The translations under genes were made by a program, and so were the position numbers. A stretch of 64,000 nt of DNA from contig JAYTHY010000050.1 in the NCBI GenBank assembly GCA_043732185.1, positions 32,034-96,033 on the forward strand, given 5' to 3'. Shown one piece after another: positions 1 through 8,991 of this stretch. This DNA is from Fibrobacteria bacterium. GTDB lineage: Bacteria; Fibrobacterota; Fibrobacteria; UBA11236. The notes under the pieces are model-generated. The model ran no database searches, was not told the origin of the DNA, and was given only the letters and a program-made list of their open reading frames with translations. Every line of letters starts with the position of its first letter. Positions within the stretch are counted from its first letter, which is position 1.

Positions 1-1
1 T

Positions 2-553
2 TCGAAGCGGAATCATGGCGCCGCCCTGTTTCCCTAGTATGATGGAAATGCGCAATGCAACTCTGCGAGTACTGGGTAAATCACTTTCAAAAAAAGCCTG
101 CTCCCATTTTTTGCCGACTTCAACGGTAAATCCCGTTCCAATTTCTCCGGTCCATTCATCCATGGGTTTATCGAAAGCCTGTCGATACAAGGACGCTGTG
201 CTGGAATTGACCCACAGAGCAGGCGGCCGTTTGGATTGCTGGATGGCCTTAGCGAGCACAGCCGTTGAGTCGATTCTAGAATTCAATATTTCGCTGCGGT
301 TGGTTGAATTAAAACGGCAATTTATGCTTCGACCGGCCAAGTTGACTAATACGTCCGCTCCATCAATTTCATTTATCCAGCTTCCAAGGTTTTTTCCATC
401 CCAGGTCACGAATCGTGTGCCATTTGATATTCGCGATGCACCTCGGCCTAATACCACAACTTCGTAGCCTACCTTTTGGAACTGTTCGCCCAAAAAGGTT
501 CCCAAGAATCCAGATCCACCGGCTAGAACAATTCGCTTTTTGTGTTGTAACAT
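2..553 (-). CDS. TIGR01777/YfcH-like NAD-dependent epimerase/oxidoreductase (runs off window start; not in ORF track)
   Basis: Manual translation from ATG at 553: MLQHKKRIVLAGGSGFLG...DVLVNLAGRSINCRF...ILNSRIDST...WVNSSTASLY...KKWEQ...RRVALRISIILG; Rossmann GxxGxxG plus family motifs, no stop before base 1. Confidence 0.9.
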   Translation of the reverse strand, partial: MLQHKKRIVLAGGSGFLGTFLGEQFQKVGYEVVVLGRGASRISNGTRFVTWDGKNLGSWINEIDGADVLVNLAGRSINCRFNSTNRSEILNSRIDSTAVLAKAIQQSKRPPALWVNSSTASLYRQAFDKPMDEWTGEIGTGFTVEVGKKWEQAFFESDLPSTRRVALRISIILGKQGGAMIPLR

Positions 554-668
554 GATGAACCCTGTTCAAATAATAACTTGACAGACCTTGGAGATCACGG
601 GATATTTTGAACATGCTCAAAATTGAACATCCTGGAAATGCCTCCAAGTAAATTCCCAGGAAAATAAA

Positions 669-1079
669 TTGCTCATATATGCACAAGTACTGATGGGCGC
701 TTCCATAGTTGTGGGCGGGATAGCTTCCGCAATGGCTTTGTTTGGGCGCTATCGGACGCTTCCAGGCTTCCTAACTGGCCCCACCATCTGCAAATTAGAA
801 GCGGGAGGATGTCAGGCGTTGTTTCGCACACGTAATGCGGCACTGCTAGGCATCCCTAATTCCGCTCTAGGTATTGCGTACTATGGCATGATGGCGGTGG
901 GACTGCGAATGCAATGGCCACTTTGGATTTTATGGATCGGATCTTGTCCAGCTCTTGTAATGTCGATCGTGTTAGCGTGGGTTCTTTTGCGTAACCGATT
1001 GGAATGCCGGATTTGTTGGACAAGCCATTGTTGCAACCTTGCAATATGGACAACGTTACTTTTCCAACTACATCTGTAG
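669..1079 (+). CDS. Vitamin K epoxide reductase (VKOR) family membrane protein
   Basis: Loop cysteines CKLEAGGC, LLGIPNSALG motif, TM helices, redox CXXC (CRIC). Confidence 0.85.
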   Translation: MLIYAQVLMGASIVVGGIASAMALFGRYRTLPGFLTGPTICKLEAGGCQALFRTRNAALLGIPNSALGIAYYGMMAVGLRMQWPLWILWIGSCPALVMSIVLAWVLLRNRLECRICWTSHCCNLAIWTTLLFQLHL

Positions 1080-1580
1080 GTCAATGGAATTGTCGATCAG
1101 CTCGCGTGGCCGGCTCATAGAAAAATTGACTCTTTGGATCAGATCAATTTTAAGTTGGGCCAACTCTTCCCATCGGCATACCACCGCATATCCGCTGTCA
1201 AAATTCCTCTGCATGCGATTGGGTAGCACGGGTTGATGGTCGCTCTGAGATGGATTATCAGGAAGGATGACGCCCAGTAGCCCCATGCCTAGATCCAAAG
1301 CGGCTTTGATTTCCCAGTCCACATATTTATCCAAGTGCGTGCCGGAACCACACAGCAGGACCATGCAAGCCACCTCTTCAAGTGGACCCTGAGAAAGGTT
1401 TGTGACAAAGGACTCTGCATCGCCAGAACCGATTTCCCTTTCCAAGGACTGATCCCTTTTCATCTCACTCAGCCAGGAAAAGAGTTTCTGAAAGGCTTCG
1501 AAAGCGGCCGCATCCCGGTAGTGATCGTAGCTGATATAAATCCTTCGTTTGCTTCTTTGAAACAGTGATTGTGAATCCAT
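1068..1580 (-). CDS. TIR-domain protein, ThsB/MTH538 (DUF1863)-like
   Basis: KRRIYISYDH, MVLLCGSGT, KYVDWEIKAAL, GLLGVILP, LPNRM motifs; start moved to ATG 1580. Confidence 0.8.
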   Translation of the reverse strand: MDSQSLFQRSKRRIYISYDHYRDAAAFEAFQKLFSWLSEMKRDQSLEREIGSGDAESFVTNLSQGPLEEVACMVLLCGSGTHLDKYVDWEIKAALDLGMGLLGVILPDNPSQSDHQPVLPNRMQRNFDSGYAVVCRWEELAQLKIDLIQRVNFSMSRPRELIDNSIDLQM

Positions 1581-1707
1581 GCCGATAATATCCGAAAAAA
1601 GCTTGTCCTTGTCCGGTCCGAATAACTTTGGGCCTCGCCTGATACGGATTCGCCCAAGAAATTGGAGTATAATTCGTCTATATTCGGTACATCGTACTCC
1701 CACCCTT

Positions 1708-2610
1708 GTGCATCTGGAGCCTATTAAAATCAACTTCAAGCTCAAACCGTTACTGGCGTTCACGCGCATTCCCGGGAACGCCTTTTCCTTTTGGATACGG
1801 CAGACCTTACGTTGGTCGCGAGGCACACCTACTCTTTTCCAGGAACCCAAGGATACTCTATTCGCCTATTTGAAAGTGGATCGAAAGGCCGCGGAAGCAC
1901 GAGAGTCCGATTTCCGGGAACGATATGGACTGGAACCTCTTGCCCAAATGTCGACTACGGCACTCTATCGAAAAAATCTTTATCTGTTGCATACTCTGGA
2001 AAATGCCACGGAAGGACTTGATTTTTCTCCCATGCTCGGTTCTGCGTGCAAAGCCTTGGATGTCGGCTCACAAGATTGGCATTATGTCTTTGGGCTGGAA
2101 AGGTGGTTAAAATTCTACCAGAGTTCGCGCGGAAGATCAGTTGCGCTGGATGGAATTGAATTGGACGGATATGGGATCTATTCCGATTTTCATTCCCGGA
2201 GGGATTACGCCCATGCGTATGCGGCCCAAACCGGTAATGCTAATGTCCGATACTGCATTGGCGATTTCTTGAAAATGCCTGTCGCCAGTTATGATTTCAT
2301 TTCCATCTTCTATCCCTTTGTAACCCGCTACCAACTGCTGCTCTGGGGACTTCCGCTGCGTTTCTACTCGCCTCCCAATTTTCTGTCCCAATCCGCGGCA
2401 CTATTACGTTCCGGTGGATGCTTGCTGGTCTTTTGTCATTCACAAGCTGAACAGGATGTATTTCTGGAATTGGGACGTAAATCTGGAAAGTTTACGCTCT
2501 TGCGCCATGGGCCGGTATTGAGCGATCTAGTCGATTTCCACCAAGACATCCGCGACCGGCGTTATTCCATTTGGCAGAAATCCAGCTTCAACGCAAATAG
2601 TTCAGTATAA
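1708..2610 (+). CDS. Class I SAM-dependent methyltransferase-like protein
   Basis: ALDVGSQDW motif I, GIELD, GDF, YDFISIFYPF, LLRSGGCL; start uncertain (ORF open from 1579, in-frame GTG at 1708). Confidence 0.65.
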   Translation: MHLEPIKINFKLKPLLAFTRIPGNAFSFWIRQTLRWSRGTPTLFQEPKDTLFAYLKVDRKAAEARESDFRERYGLEPLAQMSTTALYRKNLYLLHTLENATEGLDFSPMLGSACKALDVGSQDWHYVFGLERWLKFYQSSRGRSVALDGIELDGYGIYSDFHSRRDYAHAYAAQTGNANVRYCIGDFLKMPVASYDFISIFYPFVTRYQLLLWGLPLRFYSPPNFLSQSAALLRSGGCLLVFCHSQAEQDVFLELGRKSGKFTLLRHGPVLSDLVDFHQDIRDRRYSIWQKSSFNANSSV

Positions 2611-3052
2611 TTCCCTGGAGTCGCGTCTGTTCCTGTTTGGGCAGGTCACAGTAACTCTGAATTTTTCCGCGACAATTTTTCGAACCGCAAGCACACTCGA
2701 TTTGCCATCCGGCTTCATTGATGGACGTGCTGTAATCCCAGAAAAGTTCCTCGTCCTTTTGAATGTCCCGCAGCGAGAATAAAATCAGAGATCCGCCTGC
2801 AAAGCCGACATTGGGATCGCAACTGTGGTTGATGAAGTCGTCCATGCGCGGATGATCTGGATCTTCCGCCAGAAATGTGTCCGGGCCCACTTGCAAGGCC
2901 CGCATGCCCTCCACCACTTCATCCTTATGGCGAAGAATACCTCGACACTCAATAACCCGCGTTCCCTTGGATATAACCTCTCCAGCATAGATTCCACGGC
3001 CATGCGCCGGGGATTCACCGATGTAGAGGAGGGATTCTGCAGTGGCTTCCAT
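2588..3052 (-). CDS. SET-domain protein-lysine methyltransferase with post-SET Zn motif
   Basis: HGRGIYA, FINHSCDPN, EELFWDY, CACGSKNCRG. Confidence 0.93.
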   Translation of the reverse strand: MEATAESLLYIGESPAHGRGIYAGEVISKGTRVIECRGILRHKDEVVEGMRALQVGPDTFLAEDPDHPRMDDFINHSCDPNVGFAGGSLILFSLRDIQKDEELFWDYSTSINEAGWQIECACGSKNCRGKIQSYCDLPKQEQTRLQGIILNYLR

Positions 3053-3421
3053 GATGTGTCCTTTGGTTGGCGGAAAGAGAAATTAGCAATCCATATACTT
3101 GGATCAAGCCCAATTGAATCTAGCTTTCAAGACACCATAGAATTGGGTGAACATGGTCAAACCGGTTTCAGACACATCCTTCCAGAGTCCTATTTCAGCA
3201 CTTCGATTGCTCGGGCTAGTATTGGCCTGGATCCGTGTTGCCGCCATGGCGTAAGGCGGCTACCCTTTTTTGGAAACCAAAATATTGGGCGTTCCATTTC
3301 GAGCCAACCCTCATTTAACTGCCGGCAGGCGTCGGATCCATTCTCCAGCAGGGATTAGAGAAGCCCGGGAATCCATGTTTATTAATATTGCGCTGTAATG
3401 AATTAAAGGCAATTATAGGAT

Positions 3422-4996
3422 TCAGACAGGAATCAAAAATCCTTCCTCCACCAATTGCCTCACTATTTCCGCCGTCTCATTAGGAATTTCATCCACCTCC
3501 ATACCCAAATCGGCAGCCGCTTTTTCAACCGCATCCTGTAGCGTACGATAGCCGTCGCATGCGAGTATCAAGGAGGAGAACCAATCATCGATCTCTTCGA
3601 CATAAGCAAAGCCTTCCATAACTTGAATGAAAATTGCTTCCGCTTCCCCAGCCTCCGCAGCCTCCGCAGACACATGCCCGTCGGCCGGGAAGCCTTCTTG
3701 TGAAAACCGCATTTTTTCTGACATTCGGAAAACGGACACCATAAGGATTTGGTCCTCCTTGGCGTGACGAGCCAGAAAATCAAGCGCCTGCATTCTTTCC
3801 GAAACGATGTCACCGCAGGGTCCAGCAATTTTCCTGGGGCCATCAAATGCCCGATACCAGTTTTCAACTCCGGATCGTTTACGCATAGTTACCGTACCCG
3901 CGCCTATCGAGGCAATATTCTCCTGCCGATAATAGTCCAGCCACCGTTCCAGCCTGACCCCATCTTCAGTTGTTGCGCTAGCAAACGAATCCATATCTGT
4001 GTTCGTGTCTGTGTTCGCGTTCACATCCGCATCCACGCGACCCACGCGCATCCAATTTTTGGCATACAGTATCGGGTCCGTAGTCGAGGAGCGGATGACC
4101 CAGGTATCACAGCCGCTACCTATGAACCATTCCTCCAGCCCTTGTTGCCAATCCGTTCCTTCCTTTTCAACCCAGTTGCAAAGCATTTGAAGCGAGCCGC
4201 CTTCAACCAAATAGGCCGGTGCTTCTGCTGCAATGCGCTTGCAAAAAGCATCGGCCGGCATTCCGCCATTCAGATAAATCAGTCGATCCTCGGGTGAAAT
4301 CACGAATGGTGGATTGGAAATGATGAGATCGAATTGCTCTCCCTCCACCGGCTGAAACAGGTTTCCAGTGCGGGCTTCCACGTTTTCTATTCCATTGATC
4401 GCCGCATTAAATTCTACGAAGGCTGCGGCGCGAGGATTGAGATCGGTTGCGATGACCCGCTTATTGGTTTTGGAGGCCAGAAAAGCCAAGTAGCCGCACC
4501 CGGATCCAATATCCAGCGCAGCACCTCCATCAGCTCGTATGATCAAGCTCGCTAACATTCTAGCCGTATCGCTTGGGCCCATCACATGATCCGGCGCTTC
4601 CACCTTGTCCCCAATCCAGGAACGATCAAATGCAATCAGCAATCCATGGATGGGGGTGATCTTTATTGCAGCGAATAGACTGCCATGTCTTTCCTCCAGT
4701 AAGCCTCCCGCCAACAATCCATCCAGAGGTAAACCTGGGAAAGCCTTACCAATGGCCTCTGCGGGTACGGGAACCCCTATAACGAACAGACGAATCAGGG
4801 TGTTCTGGGCCGATACCATGGCAGTCCGTTCCAGCGCCTCCTCAGCGGAAAGATTCCGTAGGGCGGGAATACCTTTTACCCCCAAAGCGGCAATCAGCCC
4901 TGCTTCATTGAAGTGCGCATCTTTAAAGACTTGACCCACCTGCCTGGTTTCCTGTTTGGAAAAGGAAAAAGGTCGGTGCCTAGGATGTTGGGACAT
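3422..4996 (-). CDS. Class I SAM-dependent N-methyltransferase (HemK/MTS-like core) with C-terminal winged-helix/PqqD-like domain
   Basis: LDIGSGCG, TDLNPRA, FDLIISNPPF; C-terminal ACDGYRTLQDAV...VRQLVEEGFL; start at ATG 4996. Confidence 0.8.
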   Translation of the reverse strand: MSQHPRHRPFSFSKQETRQVGQVFKDAHFNEAGLIAALGVKGIPALRNLSAEEALERTAMVSAQNTLIRLFVIGVPVPAEAIGKAFPGLPLDGLLAGGLLEERHGSLFAAIKITPIHGLLIAFDRSWIGDKVEAPDHVMGPSDTARMLASLIIRADGGAALDIGSGCGYLAFLASKTNKRVIATDLNPRAAAFVEFNAAINGIENVEARTGNLFQPVEGEQFDLIISNPPFVISPEDRLIYLNGGMPADAFCKRIAAEAPAYLVEGGSLQMLCNWVEKEGTDWQQGLEEWFIGSGCDTWVIRSSTTDPILYAKNWMRVGRVDADVNANTDTNTDMDSFASATTEDGVRLERWLDYYRQENIASIGAGTVTMRKRSGVENWYRAFDGPRKIAGPCGDIVSERMQALDFLARHAKEDQILMVSVFRMSEKMRFSQEGFPADGHVSAEAAEAGEAEAIFIQVMEGFAYVEEIDDWFSSLILACDGYRTLQDAVEKAAADLGMEVDEIPNETAEIVRQLVEEGFLIPV

Positions 4997-5072
4997 GAAA
5001 AATCTCCGAATGGAATAGAAACAATTTAAATCCGCATGGATAGGATTTCCAGTTGCTTCATGGATCCCAACC

Positions 5073-5662
5073 TCACTGCGTCTGTAGCGCTTTCCTATTT
5101 GAAAGCAATTGACGGTAAAAGGCATAGCCTACTAAAACTGCCAGAATGGAAACGAGCACAAGACTGGAGCCTATGGTACCGAAGTTCAGTCCGCCTTTCT
5201 CGTGCGATTTGGTCAGGACATCGCCCATCGTCGCACCAAATGGCCGTGTCAAAACAAAGGCGATCCAAAAGAGCAATACATGGGATATTTTCGAATAGTA
5301 ATAGGCTAAAATCGTTAGTCCGATAAGCCCGCCGATTAGCATAGCACCGCCGAAAAAGCTCAGGCCGGAATCATCGAGCCGGTGGCATATCCAAGATGCA
5401 AGGTTCGATCCATATAGTCCGACATGGTTGTTCCTGCCGTGCTTGTAGAAAGAATGACGGCCCAGTACAAAATTGGATTGTACGATTTCACGGAAATCTG
5501 ACCAATTAAAGTGGCAAAGAAAAAACTGATCAGGATGATCGAACTTATGGCATACCCGACATTTAGTGTCATGGATAATAGATCGCCGGCCGTTTCTCCA
5601 AGCGTGGTCGCACAGATTTTCATTATCCAGAAGGCCAAAGTGATTTCGGGTAGTTTTCTCAT
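5073..5662 (-). pseudogene. COG4705 (DUF347-repeat) membrane protein, internally deleted and frameshifted
   Basis: N-part KLPEITLAFWIMKICATTLGETAGD...GYATGSMI and C-part DDSGLSFFGGA...FWIAFVLTRPFGATMGD lie in different frames joined at 5369-5375; the middle repeat is missing. Confidence 0.85.
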
Positions 5663-5684
5663 GTTCTGCCTAGGTAAAAAAGTC

Positions 5685-6953
5685 TTACTCCTTCCAAACC
5701 TTCCCTTTAGCATCGACGGATTTTCCGGAAGCATCAAATCGTGGTCCTCGGCCAGTGACTCGGTCGCTCACCTTTTCAGCCTCCATGGCATTCCTATCTT
5801 CCGCGGAATTGGAGTTCGAGACCGTCACTGGTTTTGGTTTAATCAGCAAACCGGAAATTTCCTGTGCATACCAGCGGTGCAGAAAGTCGTTAGGATGATT
5901 GACGTTATTGCCGGTCATATCCCTAAACAGTTTGAACTTGAGAAGTTCCTGATGCACTCCGGTCATGTCCACCATTTCCACTCCAAGGCCGACCAGCGTC
6001 TGCAACTTGGCCTTATAATTTGGTTGTTGGCCGGCGAAACCGGTTTCCGGATTGGCCAGGGTCGTGGCAATCAGGATGAATTCAACGGCAGGATTGCCCG
6101 CCTTTACATCCGCCATGATGGCTTTGATCCGAGTTAAAAAGAGGTCCGGAGCCACGTTCCCGGTTCCATCATTCATCCCGAAGGAAATAACCACCAGGTC
6201 GGGATTCTCAGCTGTTACCAAGGTATGGACATTGGCAGCGCCCCAAGCCGCATCTGTTCCTGCAACAGCCACATTTTTAAGGGTAATCACGGACGAATAA
6301 TTGGCCCGGAGATTTTCGGTTACCAGCCCGGCATAAGGAGGCATGTTGGGCGCGGCCCCCGTGTATGCACTGGCATTGTATCCCGCCGTGATGCTGTTTC
6401 CAATCAGAACAAATTTTAAAGGCTGGCCCTTGTTTAATTTTGCCAGCGTGTTGGGTAAGTTGGTTTCCGCGTAGGTTGGAACAGGTCCTTTCCACACATT
6501 GCGGAGGTGGGTATAAGTAACCGACAATTGGCGATCGTGGAAGAAATGACCTTCGGTCCAATAGACAAAGCCTCCACCAACTTTGGTCTGCGTTGCCCCT
6601 GCGGTTGTGGGATATAAAAAGTCCTTGGTCAGAAAAGCAGCTTTCGAACCGGCCATCAATTGCAATCGGCCGTTTGCGAAGGTCCAGTCCACACCCTGTT
6701 TGAAAATGGTATCCAGGCCGGCACTTTTAACGGATTGAATGACGAGGGGCGAAAACAACAGCTTCGCCTCGGGTAGTTTTCCCGCTGAATCAGAAACCAT
6801 CAAAACGGATTCATTGTATAGGGTATCCGAATCCCAAAAGGGAGTCAAATACTCTTTGACGGGATAAGGCGCTGCCGCTGTAGGAGACGCGGTTAGCAAC
6901 CATGCAAACGGAAATAAAAGGGATAGCCACAGTGATTGGAAAGAATTTTTCAT
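5685..6953 (-). CDS. Secreted SGNH/GDSL hydrolase (esterase)
   Basis: Signal peptide; block I IGNSITAG, block III FGMND, block V NVNHPND; short FDASGK tail. Confidence 0.85.
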   Translation of the reverse strand: MKNSFQSLWLSLLFPFAWLLTASPTAAAPYPVKEYLTPFWDSDTLYNESVLMVSDSAGKLPEAKLLFSPLVIQSVKSAGLDTIFKQGVDWTFANGRLQLMAGSKAAFLTKDFLYPTTAGATQTKVGGGFVYWTEGHFFHDRQLSVTYTHLRNVWKGPVPTYAETNLPNTLAKLNKGQPLKFVLIGNSITAGYNASAYTGAAPNMPPYAGLVTENLRANYSSVITLKNVAVAGTDAAWGAANVHTLVTAENPDLVVISFGMNDGTGNVAPDLFLTRIKAIMADVKAGNPAVEFILIATTLANPETGFAGQQPNYKAKLQTLVGLGVEMVDMTGVHQELLKFKLFRDMTGNNVNHPNDFLHRWYAQEISGLLIKPKPVTVSNSNSAEDRNAMEAEKVSDRVTGRGPRFDASGKSVDAKGKVWKE

Positions 6954-7157
6954 TGTAACCTAACTTTCAATGCGAGAGACAGCCATTTTTGCACTTTCGA
7001 ACTTCCAGAACGTAGAAAATTGACCCAAAAATGGGTTCATTGGCCTATTTGAAGCCATTCACGGGCCTGGAAGCCATTCGAATTATCAGAATTACACGCG
7101 CTCAAATAAAACCAAAATCGCTTTACGCACAATTGGATTTACGCCTATATTCGAATT

Positions 7158-8921
7158 ATGCAAAACCCAAAAATTGTCACTCGTCTTATATCTGTGATCA
7201 CGGTCCTTTCCACTTTTACACTTGCCCAAAAAGCCTGGGTGTCCCCGTCGGCTTTTGGAACCGCCGCATCGGAAACGTCCATCAATCCGAGTCTCGATCT
7301 GGTTGACCTTTTACCAGCAGGCATGACGCAAAATATCAGTGGCTGGGACTGGCTAACGGACGACAAAATTGTTTTCACCAATTGGGTTTGGAACTATACA
7401 GTAGAACCACTCGGCAATATCTGGGTGCTCTCAGGCATGAAGGCCCAAGACAAAGCAAAAATTACGGTAACTCGCTATTACCCCGGAAATCTACGAGAAC
7501 CCTTGGGCGTAAAGGTGGTGAATGGAGACGTGTATGCCGTAGTCAAATTCGGTTTGCTCAAATTTATAGATGCCGACAAAAATGGTATCGCAGAAGATAC
7601 GGTGCAAATCGCGCCTTTCCCATATAAGCCAGAACCCGATGACGGCTGGAATCAGTATTCCTTGGATCTGAAATATCGGGGAGGATTTTTCTACGTGGGA
7701 CTGCCTTCGGAAACGGTAGCCGGAGGCTATCCTCGTTATCCGGTTACACCAGGTAGAGGCACGGTCGCGAAAATTGACCCTATAAATAAAACCCTCGAGT
7801 TTATGGTCACAGGCCTACGCACCCCGGATGGACTCGGATGGGGTCCGGACTCCAACCTGTTTGTCACGGACAATCAAGGCGCCTGGCTACCAGCCAGCAA
7901 ACTTATTCATGTAACGGGCAAACGATTCTTTGGACTTCAATCCGTGGAGCTTGGCAATCCAGCCTTGATGGAATCTCCTCCTGCCATTTGGATGCCCCAC
8001 CAGGAAGCATCCAGCTCTCCGACCCAGCCCATGATGCTTGAAAAAGGTCCTTACATGGGGCAGTTTATCGTGGGGGATAACGTTTACGGCTTTCTCAACC
8101 GAATCGCCCTGGACAAGGTCAAGGGTGAATTCCAGGGCGCTTTATTCCATTTTACCGGCGGCTTGACCTGTGGCAACCATCGCCTGTTGCAGAACGCCAA
8201 TGGCGACGTGTATTTTGGTGGGCTGGGAAGCCCTATCAATTCATGGAATGAACACGGAAAAATGTTCGGCATCCAAGTGGCCCGTTTCAACAATAAGGCC
8301 AATTTCGAAGTCAAGGAAATCCTTTCCCGCGCCGATGGTTTTACCCTGCATTTCTCCGAAGCGGTAGGCGTTACCGCTGAAGACACCGCTAATTATCACC
8401 TGAGGCAATGGAGCTACAAACCCACCAAGGATTATGGTGGTCCAAAACTGAATAATGTGGCGTTAACCTTGGGAGCTATTTCCGTAGACCCAACTAGAAC
8501 CTACGTCCATATCAAGGTGAACGGCCTCACTGCTGGGCGAGTGGTTGATTTCCAGTTTCACAAAGACCTTTCCTCCCAAGCCGCCCGCCCAATTTGGACC
8601 GGAGAGGCCTGGTATACCTTGAACCAGATTTCCGATGTCACCGATTTCTTTCCAACTGCCATTGGTGCACGCACCGGTAAAGGTTCAGAGAACCACATCA
8701 AACTCTCGAAAAGCCTGGGCAGCTATAGACTGGAACTGCCCAGTGGGGGTTATACGAACCTGAGCATTATGCATCTCGACGGTAAAATAGCTTGGGAAAA
8801 ATCCTTGACGGGGGAAAGCGCCGTTTTCTTTTCCTCAGCACAAATCCGACCCGGAGTGTACATCGTCGTTCTGCGCAATCACTTGGGAGCTTCAGTCAGC
8901 AAACGCATCGCCGTTCCCTAA
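7158..8921 (+). CDS. Secreted beta-propeller (glucose/sorbosone dehydrogenase-like) protein with T9SS-like CTD
   Basis: Signal peptide; GLRTPDGLGW, VTDNQGAWLPASKL; C-terminal HLDGKIAW...GVYIVVL. Confidence 0.7.
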   Translation: MQNPKIVTRLISVITVLSTFTLAQKAWVSPSAFGTAASETSINPSLDLVDLLPAGMTQNISGWDWLTDDKIVFTNWVWNYTVEPLGNIWVLSGMKAQDKAKITVTRYYPGNLREPLGVKVVNGDVYAVVKFGLLKFIDADKNGIAEDTVQIAPFPYKPEPDDGWNQYSLDLKYRGGFFYVGLPSETVAGGYPRYPVTPGRGTVAKIDPINKTLEFMVTGLRTPDGLGWGPDSNLFVTDNQGAWLPASKLIHVTGKRFFGLQSVELGNPALMESPPAIWMPHQEASSSPTQPMMLEKGPYMGQFIVGDNVYGFLNRIALDKVKGEFQGALFHFTGGLTCGNHRLLQNANGDVYFGGLGSPINSWNEHGKMFGIQVARFNNKANFEVKEILSRADGFTLHFSEAVGVTAEDTANYHLRQWSYKPTKDYGGPKLNNVALTLGAISVDPTRTYVHIKVNGLTAGRVVDFQFHKDLSSQAARPIWTGEAWYTLNQISDVTDFFPTAIGARTGKGSENHIKLSKSLGSYRLELPSGGYTNLSIMHLDGKIAWEKSLTGESAVFFSSAQIRPGVYIVVLRNHLGASVSKRIAVP

Positions 8922-8991
8922 AGTGTAAGAGATCAACTGCCATTAGCTTTAATGTTCTAAAGTTTCATGATACCCCAGGAAAGGCCCTGCC

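Noticed and set aside
15..467. 150-aa plus-strand ORF
   Set aside because: Antisense shadow of the TIGR01777-like gene, which has clear motifs on the minus strand.
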